The notes below the pieces were generated by a model. That model had not been told where the DNA came from and did not search any database. It saw only the letters and a list, made by a program, of their open reading frames with translations. From Acaryochloris marina S15 (GTDB taxonomy: Bacteria > Cyanobacteriota > Cyanobacteriia > Thermosynechococcales > Thermosynechococcaceae), in contig NZ_CP064927.1 in assembly GCF_018336915.1 (NCBI RefSeq), positions 120,001 to 152,000 of the forward strand: a stretch of DNA of 32,000 nucleotides, written 5' to 3'. This document shows positions 26,092 to 32,000 of this stretch, piece after piece. Each line of letters opens with the position of its first letter. Positions within the stretch are counted from its first letter, which is position 1. A program made the translations under genes and the position numbers.

Positions 26092-26206
26092 ACTTCTTTT
26101 ACTTTTAGCTTGATTCAGTTACTTATCGTTTGATGCAGTCCAATGACTCTCCTGATCCATTCGATTTTTTAGCTAACCTATGCTATTCGGTAGTCTTTCA
26201 CTAGGA

Positions 26207-26521
26207 TTACCACCATCTAAAAAAACGACGACGACGGCCACGACGACGCAAAAATCGGAAAAAAGCGACTTTTTCTTGACTTTCAATCTTATTCAAAGCT
26301 TCAGCGTCTTCCAACGCATTAGAGTCAAGTTCATTCAGCTCAGAGTTCACCGCAGAAAGGTTTTGATGCTCAGGTGTAGTGGGGGCAATGGTGGTTAGTA
26401 GAGGTTGTATCGGCTCTGTCGTTTTACTCATCGCCTTTTGTGTTGCAGTAGTCATAAGACATAAAGAAAATAAACTGGCGCTTAGTAATACTTTGGTGGG
26501 GGTGCTTTGGTATTGAGTCAT
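26207..26521 (-). CDS. Small secreted protein (104 aa): signal peptide + acidic middle + poly-Arg/aromatic C-terminal tail
   Basis: MTQYQSTPTKVLLSASLFSLCLMTTATQKA (n-h-c signal-peptide layout), acidic SELNELDSNALEDAEALNKIESQEK, and terminal FFRFLRRRGRRRRFFRWW. The opposite-strand ORF 26180-26398 is low-complexity and less protein-like. Confidence 0.55.
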   Translation of the reverse strand: MTQYQSTPTKVLLSASLFSLCLMTTATQKAMSKTTEPIQPLLTTIAPTTPEHQNLSAVNSELNELDSNALEDAEALNKIESQEKVAFFRFLRRRGRRRRFFRWW

Positions 26522-26643
26522 TGTTCAGAACCTCGTTTAGTGAAAAGAAGTAAGTTGTTTAACTTGTCCTCACTATCGCGAAACCCATAAGCAGAAACAA
26601 TCCTGTTTTATTCAGGAAAATTCAGGTCTTGTTTTTGGGGTGT

Positions 26644-26671
26644 GATCTCAACTCGATACCAACTCCCTCGA
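26644..26671 (+). repeat. Dispersed intergenic repeat, copy B
   Basis: GATCTCAACTCGATACCAACTCCCTCGA. 17 nt are identical to copy C (AACTCGATACCAACTCC), and about 21 of 24 match copy D. Confidence 0.6.
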
Positions 26672-26829
26672 ACTAAGCTCAGAACTGCCAGAACGATCAA
26701 CCGTATTTAAATTAGGGGCAAGCTGATGATATCCACAGACAATCACATAACTGGGTCCAAGAGTTGTCTTTTCTTCAAGACAATTGATTCAAAGCAAAAC
26801 CTGAATACTTAAACTCAGAAACTGCCAAC

Positions 26830-27591
26830 ATGAAATTTCACTGTACCTATTGCGGACGTAAAATTGAATCTGGAAATAAGCTGTCTGGACACTTGATGAA
26901 GTGCCCGAATTGTAAGGCCGAGGTTACAGTACCCCATCAACAGAGAGTCCAAACTCCTGAGAAACTCGTAGCCAGTTCCAACAAGTCTGAATCTCATCGA
27001 ACAAAGGGCTTTGCTTATCGACGCATGTTTCTCATTAGTCTAATAGCATGTCTAGTTTTCGGTGCTTTGACCGCGATCTATTCGCTGACTACATCCAGTT
27101 TTAACTCAAGCCAAGCAACCATACTGCTTACGACCATCTCATTAGGAACGTATAGTATGACTGGCTTATGTTGCGCTACTTTGATAGGCCATCCTCAGTA
27201 CAGCCTACTAGGTCGGATTGGTATTGCAATATCAATGATTGGTGGATTATGGGCTTTTGTGACTAATCTGTTCCTCTTGGCTGCTCCCAAAATTTTTGAA
27301 GGGGGATCATTATTACAGGGTCGTTTATCCTTTCTCGTGATTGCAGTCGCTTTTGCTCATAGTGCACTGTTACTAAGGATAAACACGATAAATGCAACTG
27401 TGCAGAACATACGATATTTTACCCTCGGCATCATAGCCCTGTTTTCAGTGGTGCTTTTGGGTAATATTATGGCCCCAGAAGATTTTCCCAAAGCTTGGAG
27501 ACTATTTAGTGTGCTTGCGGTATTAGATGTACTGGGAACAATCGCAACACCTCTTTCACATGCAGCAACTAAGGAAACTAAAGCTCACTGA
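26830..27591 (+). CDS. Membrane protein with N-terminal zinc ribbon and ~5-6 predicted TM helices
   Basis: MKFHCTYCGRKIESGNKLSGHLMKCPNCKAEV (CxxC-x17-CxxC), followed by hydrophobic stretches (FLISLIACLVFGALTAIYSL, ILLTTISLGTYSMTGLCCATL, IGIAISMIGGLWAFVTNLFLLAA, LSFLVIAVAFAHSALLL, FTLGIIALFSVVLLGNIM, LFSVLAVLDVLGTIA). Confidence 0.7.
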   Translation: MKFHCTYCGRKIESGNKLSGHLMKCPNCKAEVTVPHQQRVQTPEKLVASSNKSESHRTKGFAYRRMFLISLIACLVFGALTAIYSLTTSSFNSSQATILLTTISLGTYSMTGLCCATLIGHPQYSLLGRIGIAISMIGGLWAFVTNLFLLAAPKIFEGGSLLQGRLSFLVIAVAFAHSALLLRINTINATVQNIRYFTLGIIALFSVVLLGNIMAPEDFPKAWRLFSVLAVLDVLGTIATPLSHAATKETKAH

Positions 27592-27772
27592 TAAACTGTT
27601 CATTTCTGTTTACTCCTCTAAATCCTTAGCAGAGCTTGAATACAACAGTGATAACCCCCTGCCTGAACTGCTGCTTAGGAAGCTCTGCAATCCTTCCTAT
27701 GAAATACCTGCAACTGATGAGGCAGTGCTAAAATCTCAGATTTTGCAGGGGATTTATGTTTAGGTTTGGGAT

Positions 27773-27892
27773 GGGGGTTGGTATTAGGAAATGTGGGCTT
27801 GCGATGGCCGAAGGCCGGTCGGAGACCATCGTAACTCGATACCAACTCCTCGACATTGCACCTATTAAATAACTCTATCTTTTCAGAATCTA
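27773..27892 (+). repeat. Dispersed intergenic repeat, copy C, with an upstream inverted arm and nested GC-rich hairpin
   Basis: The left arm GGGGGTTGGTATTAGG (27773-27788) pairs imperfectly with CTCGATACCAACTCC (27835-27849). The inner hairpin GCGATGG CCGA AGGCCGG TCGG AGA CCATCG spans 27801-27831. The repeat core and tail run to 27892. Confidence 0.6.
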
Positions 27893-27951
27893 GCGAGAAT
27901 CTGTATTGCCTAGCCTTTTTCTTTCTTGCTCAAAACCTGTTGCGGTGTTAG

Positions 27952-28242
27952 CTAAACCTTAACTGCTAACCGCTTCAACTCAGCATGATCATTTTCTTGC
28001 TGTGCATTCCAAATATCATGATCGGCCTGCATTCGCATCCAGGTTAGCGGCTCCAGGCCCAAAACCCTAGACAGCCTCACGGCCATATCAGAACTCAGGG
28101 AAATTTTGCCATTGGCCAGCCTTGAAAAATTACCGGGGCTGACCTCTAAAGCATTTGCAACATCGGTCAAAGTCCATTCATTCGGTTCAAGAAACAATCC
28201 CTGAATGACCTCGCCGGGGTGGGGTGGGTCATGCATCAACAT
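27952..28242 (-). CDS. higA: HigA-family antitoxin (XRE HTH)
   Basis: HPGEVIQGLFLEPNEWTLTDVANALEVSPGNFSRLANGKISLSSDMAVRLSRVLGLEPLTWMRMQADHDIW is the canonical HigA/VapI pattern. Its ATG overlaps the TGA of the upstream higB remnant (TGATG). Confidence 0.85.
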   Translation of the reverse strand: MLMHDPPHPGEVIQGLFLEPNEWTLTDVANALEVSPGNFSRLANGKISLSSDMAVRLSRVLGLEPLTWMRMQADHDIWNAQQENDHAELKRLAVKV

Positions 28243-28316
28243 CAGTGGTAGTCCTCGTAATCAAGCAGAATAACGTTGCCATCGGTGAATTCAATTATGC
28301 CAAATAAGGTATAATT
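28242..28316 (-). pseudogene. higB: higB (RelE-superfamily toxin) 3' stub, only the last ~20 codons retained
   Basis: The minus strand reads ...FGIIEFTDGNVILLDYEDYH*, the characteristic HigB C terminus (...DYH). It is preceded by a TAA at 28317-28319. No N-terminal part was found in any minus frame of 28970-29132. Confidence 0.55.
28310..28315 (+). promoter_or_regulatory. Perfect -10 hexamer TATAAT 6 nt before the ATG of the Gp49-like toxin gene (possible leaderless transcript)
   Basis: aggTATAATtttaacATG. No convincing -35 hexamer and no Shine-Dalgarno sequence. Confidence 0.3.
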
Positions 28317-28321
28317 TTAAC

Positions 28322-28660
28322 ATGACTGATAAACCCATTAATTGGATAGGAACATCGTTAGAAGATATATCAAAATTTCCAGAAAATGCGCGTCGCAAAG
28401 CAGGGTTTCAGCTTCGTCTTGTTCAAACAGGTGAGGAACCAACGGATTTCAAATCCATGTCTACCGTTGGGGTAGGAGTCAAAGAAATTCGCATACGTAC
28501 TGAAGATGCTTATCGTATTTTCTATATCGCTAAATTTAAGGAGGCTGTTTATGTCCTTCATGCATTTCAGAAAAAGACCCAAAAAACATCGAAGATGGAT
28601 ATTGAGATTGGGCAGAGACGTTATCAACAATTACTTCAATATAAGAAGTCAAGGGAGTAG
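28322..28660 (+). CDS. Type II TA toxin, Gp49-like (RelE/HigB superfamily)
   Basis: INWIGTSLEDISKFPENARRKAGFQLRLVQTGEEPTDFKSMSTVGVGVKEIRIRTEDAYRIFYIAKFKEAVYVLHAFQKKTQKT matches the phage Gp49-like pattern (W.G.S..DL..FP...G..L...Q.G..P.D.K.M...G.GV.E.R......YR..Y......VYVLHAFQKK). Confidence 0.8.
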   Translation: MTDKPINWIGTSLEDISKFPENARRKAGFQLRLVQTGEEPTDFKSMSTVGVGVKEIRIRTEDAYRIFYIAKFKEAVYVLHAFQKKTQKTSKMDIEIGQRRYQQLLQYKKSRE

Positions 28661-28666
28661 CCGACT

Positions 28667-28969
28667 ATGAATCAAGAAGAGCTTAAAGTAACTCAGGGCA
28701 GCCAAAATGTATTTGACGATCTGGGGTTTGCCCCAGAGGACTCCCAGAACCTGAGAATCAAAGCTGATCTGATGCTAAACTTGCGTAGTTTCATTCAATC
28801 TAAAGGATGGACCCAGCAAAAAGCAGCTCAATTTTTTGGTGAGACACAGCCTCGCATAAGCGATCTTATGACTGGAGATATTGAGCGATTTAGCATTGAT
28901 AAGTTAGTCAAGATGTTGTCTCGTGCAGGTCTTGAAGTAAGGGTTGAAGTGGGCTTGAAAGCTGCTTAA
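28667..28969 (+). CDS. XRE-type HTH antitoxin partner of the Gp49-like toxin
   Basis: GSQNVFDDLGF...NLRIKADLMLNLRSFIQSKGWTQQKAAQFFGETQPRISDLMTGDIERFSIDKLVKMLSRAGLEVRVEV is typical of HTH_37-type antitoxins. It starts 6 nt after the toxin stop. Confidence 0.8.
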   Translation: MNQEELKVTQGSQNVFDDLGFAPEDSQNLRIKADLMLNLRSFIQSKGWTQQKAAQFFGETQPRISDLMTGDIERFSIDKLVKMLSRAGLEVRVEVGLKAA

Positions 28970-29132
28970 TATCCTCTCCTTGTATGCCCAATAGTGCAAC
29001 ATCCTCAAATAAAGGCAGGGAGCAGAGCAAAGGCACGGCTTTGTGATGGCGACATTGCCGATCTGATGTGTGCTAAGCTCTTGCTCGTTTCGGGGGTGCC
29101 CACTTTCGCATCGTCTTAGGCCAATTTTCGAC

Positions 29133-29625
29133 TCAACACCAGCCCCCGAAACCTGCCAAACGGCGAGCGTCTTTTCTTAACATTTGCACCGATAGCCCAG
29201 CATTGCCATTCTCAAACTGTTCGGAGACTCCCCGCCAGCCCAACTCCCGGTAAAATCTAGCAGAACTGACCCTAGCGTTAGACCAAATCGGTCTTACTTG
29301 ATTGGACTCTCGCAAATCCTCAAGCAAGCATTGGATAAATCCTGTGCCAATCCCCTGATTTCTCTAGCCTGGAGCTGTCGCCATTGCTCTAAGTCGCCAT
29401 GCAGCTTCCCCGTGCCAGGTCGAGGGAATGAGGGTAACGCAGCAGATCACCTCTCTCTGGTGGTTCAGTGCTCCATAATGCCGGGTCTCCTGGTCCTGGT
29501 CTTCTGCAAAGATGACCTCAGCGATAGGCAAAGCTGGCCGTAAAACTTGGTGGCGAAGCTGGCCGTAAAACTTGGTGGCGAAGCTGGAGGATACGATCTG
29601 CGGTCGTTGGGGTGAAGGTGATCAT
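29133..29625 (-). pseudogene. GNAT family acetyltransferase pseudogene (25-bp tandem duplication frameshift + in-frame TAG)
   Basis: Removing one 25-bp unit gives a 156-codon frame MITFTPTTADRILQLRHQVLRPALPIAEVIFAEDQDQETRHYGAL...WRLRAMATAPG*RNQGIGTGFIQCLLEDL...ARFYRELGW. The TAG (29364-29366) sits where GNAT motif A usually has Tyr. Confidence 0.8.
29531..29580. repeat. Perfect 25-bp tandem duplication (AAGCTGGCCGTAAAACTTGGTGGCG x2), followed by a 7-nt partial third copy AAGCTGG
   Basis: 29531-29555 and 29556-29580 are identical base for base. 29581-29587 repeats the first 7 nt. Confidence 0.95.
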
Positions 29626-29634
29626 GGTGGGTTG

Positions 29635-29670
29635 GATCTCAATTCGATCCCAAACTCCAATCGTCATACC
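29635..29670 (+). repeat. Dispersed intergenic repeat, copy D
   Basis: GATCTCAATTCGATCCCAAACTCCAATCGTCATACC. About 21 of 24 match copy B. It lies just 5' of the GNAT pseudogene ATG on the other strand. Confidence 0.55.
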
Positions 29671-29691
29671 TAACAATGTGGAGCTAGAATC

Positions 29692-29979
29692 TTAAGCTGC
29701 TAGATGCTCTCCAAAATCTGACACTTCAATGTCAGATAGGCTATACAAAAACACACCATTGCCAATATTTACAGCTTGTCCAGATAGAATATCGACGCTT
29801 CCAGACAGAACATCAATAATACGTTGAGCTAAGGTAGGAGACACTTCAGACACATTTAGCATAATCAACTGACCAAGCTTCAGTTGTTCAATAACCTGTT
29901 GAACCTCTTCAAAAACTTTAGGTTTAACCAATCTAATTTTTTGTGTAGAAGAACCAAAGAGAGGAATGACGTTACTCAT
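29692..29979 (-). CDS. SepF-like (DUF552) cell-division protein paralog, minimal 95-aa form
   Basis: IRLVKPKVFEEVQQVIEQLKLGQLIMLNVSEVSPTLAQRIIDVLSGSVDILSGQAVNIGNGVFLYSLSDIEV aligns with the conserved SepF C-terminal domain (V...P..F.......L......V.NL......AQRI.DFLSG...A..G....I....FL..P..V.V). Confidence 0.75.
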   Translation of the reverse strand: MSNVIPLFGSSTQKIRLVKPKVFEEVQQVIEQLKLGQLIMLNVSEVSPTLAQRIIDVLSGSVDILSGQAVNIGNGVFLYSLSDIEVSDFGEHLAA

Positions 29980-30185
29980 GATCAGAGTTGCTGCCGGATT
30001 AACATAAACACTAATGTTCCCTCTCCGAAACTAACTTATTTATTAGCAGTACGAAGAATAGATTTCCTTTAGAATTAGAGAGCTTAAAACCTTTATCTAA
30101 GAATCAACTAGCATCTCAGTTTCCACTTAAAGCTTGAGATACCATTATTCCTAAACAGTCTCCAATCTTGAAAAGGAGGTTATAG

Positions 30186-31073
30186 ATGCAGCGATTTGAG
30201 CGCTTCCAATCAATTCAACAGCTCGACCCGAGAAAGGATAACTGCGAAATTTGCAGACAACTAGTGGGTTATGAATTTCCTTGGGATATCACCCGTGCAT
30301 TAGAAATTGCACTCTTTCGCACCTTTTGTGTACCCAGCATAGCTACTCTCCTAGATCGTACTGCGGAGTTCCACCACCATTCCCAAAAACGCTACGACGA
30401 CACGGGATTGATGGTTTCTTTACTGTTTAAGTGGGGGCATAATTCACCTAAAGGCCAGGCTGTAATTCAACGCATGAACCAAATTCATGGTCGGTTCCCT
30501 ATTGACAATGCTGATTATGTTTACGTTCTCTCTACCTTTGTGTATGAACCTATACGGTGGGTTGAGCGATTTGGGTGGCGTCAGTTAAGCCAATTAGAAA
30601 AACAGGCTTTATTTCACTTTTGGTCTTCTGTCGGACAACAAATGAAGATTCAAGATATCCCCAGCACCTATGAAACCTTTGAGCAATACAACCTAGAATA
30701 TGAGCATCATCATTTTCAGTACAGTGAGGTCAATCAACGAGTGGGAGAATCTACATTAACCCTCTTTCTCAGTTGGTTCCCAGCCCCTTTACGCCCGCTA
30801 ATCCAACCCTTTGTATATGCGCTCATGGATGATGCCATGATCCATGCGTTTGGTTTTCCATCTCCACAAATATGGCAGCGAGAATTTTTAGAGAAATTGC
30901 TGAGGTCTCGTGGAAAGCTACTTCGCTATTTCCCCCCACGTCAAATCCCTAGTTTCTATAGCGATGAACCGCAACGGAGTTATCCTAAAGGTTATGGTTT
31001 AACTGATTTAGGCCCACCCAAAATACTATCGGACTTAAATGCTCGAAGAATAAAGACGCAGCAGGATCGATAG
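30186..31073 (+). CDS. MpaB/DUF2236-family oxygenase-like protein
   Basis: YEFPWDITRALEIALFRTFCVPSIATLLDRTAEFHHHSQKRYDDTGL matches my recollection of the conserved N-terminal block of the ER-bound oxygenase MpaB / rubber oxygenase family. Strong RBS AAGGAGG 7 nt upstream. Confidence 0.65.
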   Translation: MQRFERFQSIQQLDPRKDNCEICRQLVGYEFPWDITRALEIALFRTFCVPSIATLLDRTAEFHHHSQKRYDDTGLMVSLLFKWGHNSPKGQAVIQRMNQIHGRFPIDNADYVYVLSTFVYEPIRWVERFGWRQLSQLEKQALFHFWSSVGQQMKIQDIPSTYETFEQYNLEYEHHHFQYSEVNQRVGESTLTLFLSWFPAPLRPLIQPFVYALMDDAMIHAFGFPSPQIWQREFLEKLLRSRGKLLRYFPPRQIPSFYSDEPQRSYPKGYGLTDLGPPKILSDLNARRIKTQQDR

Positions 31074-31139
31074 AAATCTGAGTGGCTCGACCACTCTCCT
31101 CGTCTGACTAGCCTTGCAATCCTCTAATTTCGCTCATGC

Positions 31140-31949
31140 TTAAGCAGACTCAGCGTGTCTCTCCAACTTCTTCATGATCTTATTAAGGATTAGTCGAATA
31201 GCTTCATGACTCAATCCAATCTGTTGGCCTATTGCTCTCATGGACTTGGGCTGATCATCTTCAAGGCCATATCTCTGGCTGAGGATAAATCGCTCCCGTT
31301 CATCTAAATGCGCCATTACCTGAAACAGTTGCTCGTCGAGTTGTAGAGCTTCCATGTAGAGGGTCGGTTGATTATCACCAGCCAGTCGATCAAGGAGGGA
31401 ATCTTTTTGTTCAGGACCAACGGGCTGATCGAGGGACGATACCTTTTGGAATAATTGCAGGGTCCGTCTAACGATTGCCGGTTTGATGCCTGTAGCTTCC
31501 GATAATTCGGAGAGGGATGGTTCTCGACCGAGTTGTTGATTGAGTTCTCGGTAGTGCTTTTTAATTTTGTTGGCTGTATCCCATTGATGATGAGGGATAT
31601 AGATAGGACGTGATTTGGCTCGAAGGGCAGCGGTAATCCCTTGTCGAATCCACCAGTAGGCATAGGTACTGAATCGACATCCTTGGGCAAGGTCAAATTT
31701 ATCAACAGCAGTACTTAATCCAATGCTGCCTTCTTGAATCAGGTCTAGCAAAGGTAATCCTCGGTTTTGATGCTTCTTGGCAATGGAAACGACCAGGCGC
31801 AAGTTACACTCGATCATCCTTTGCTTAGCTCGAAGGCTTCCCGCTTTGGCTTGTCTGGCCAACTCAATTTCTTCTTCATGGGAAAGGAGGGGATATCGAG
31901 CCATTTCTTTGAGGTAGAAATGAAGACTGTCAGTGGTAGTAGCCATCAT
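31140..31949 (-). CDS. Sigma-70 family sigma factor, copy 2 (paralog of 19895-20704), 269 aa
   Basis: Same length and no indels relative to copy 1, with roughly 30 substitutions by eye. Regions 2 and 4.2 are almost identical. Confidence 0.9.
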   Translation of the reverse strand: MMATTTDSLHFYLKEMARYPLLSHEEEIELARQAKAGSLRAKQRMIECNLRLVVSIAKKHQNRGLPLLDLIQEGSIGLSTAVDKFDLAQGCRFSTYAYWWIRQGITAALRAKSRPIYIPHHQWDTANKIKKHYRELNQQLGREPSLSELSEATGIKPAIVRRTLQLFQKVSSLDQPVGPEQKDSLLDRLAGDNQPTLYMEALQLDEQLFQVMAHLDERERFILSQRYGLEDDQPKSMRAIGQQIGLSHEAIRLILNKIMKKLERHAESA

Positions 31950-32000
31950 TGAACCTGGTGAACATCACTGGTAGAGAATTACCCTGAATAGCTTGATAGG

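Noticed and set aside
26180-26398. Plus-strand ORF (…PPSKKTTTTATTTQKSEKSDFF…) opposite the small secreted peptide
   Set aside because: The low-complexity Thr run is the antisense image of the Arg codon run. The minus-strand frame has a coherent signal peptide/propiece/tail layout.
26674-26829. About 20-nt imperfect direct repeat TAAGCTCAGAACTGCCAGAAC (26674-26694) / TAAACTCAGAAACTGCCAAC (26810-26829), the second copy ending at the ATG of the membrane-protein gene
   Set aside because: It is short and needs two indels and a mismatch. Chance similarity cannot be excluded without statistics.
28970-29132. Search for the missing higB N-terminal half beyond the inserted TA pair
   Set aside because: All three minus-strand frames were translated by hand. 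None resembles a HigB/RelE N terminus, so a simple insertion model is not supported.
29298-29543. 81-aa plus-strand ORF
   Set aside because: It is antisense to the GNAT pseudogene, whose reconstructed frame carries clear GNAT motifs.
29641-29655. TTCGATCCC resembling a tRNA T-arm
   Set aside because: No acceptor, D or anticodon stems can be built around it. It is part of dispersed repeat copy D.

Overview
This is a 32-kb accessory-type region, probably cyanobacterial. That assignment is an inference from a DUF2949-like ORF, a SepF-like ORF, RpoD-like sigma paralogs, HU, and one HIP1 octamer GCGATCGC near 3571. Nt 179-9061 is a single 2960-aa ORF. It encodes an RHS/YD-repeat polymorphic-toxin-type protein with vWA, SdrD-B-like, 8 cadherin-like repeats, an Ig-like pair and an RHS shell. 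Its tip is unusual: the core end DPSGY is followed by a Gly/Ala-rich hydrophobic segment, a Hint domain and a small unassigned basic C-terminal domain. A very AT-rich immunity-like ORF (9349-9927) follows. Nt 10.1-17.7 kb is a nest of mobile elements. An IS6 transposase pseudogene is cut by an IS1182-like element. That element is in turn cut by a complete Tn3-family transposon (12282-17173). The transposon has 38-bp GGGG...TAAG ends inside ~100-bp inverted repeats, tnpA, an XRE-HTH/double-zinc-ribbon gene and a divergent tyrosine recombinase. It abuts an IS4-family transposase fragment and has no target-site duplication. The right half is bracketed by two directly repeated sigma-70 paralogs (19895-20704 and 31140-31949). 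Between them lie a methyltransferase-adjacent set of hypotheticals, DUF2949, HU, two GNAT genes, two toxin-antitoxin (TA) loci, a SepF-like ORF and an MpaB-like oxygenase. Also there are:
- a strictosidine-synthase-like gene split by an IS4-family element with a 9-bp duplication and an A7 slippery site in its transposase;
- a secreted peptide with a poly-Arg/aromatic tail, next to a Zn-ribbon membrane protein;
- an orphan higA with a higB stub, next to an intact Gp49-like/HTH pair (the two TA loci);
- one of the two GNAT genes inactivated by a perfect 25-bp tandem duplication plus an amber codon;
- a small dispersed intergenic repeat family.
No rRNA, tRNA or CRISPR array was seen. All calls come from reading the sequence and translations. 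No database search was run.
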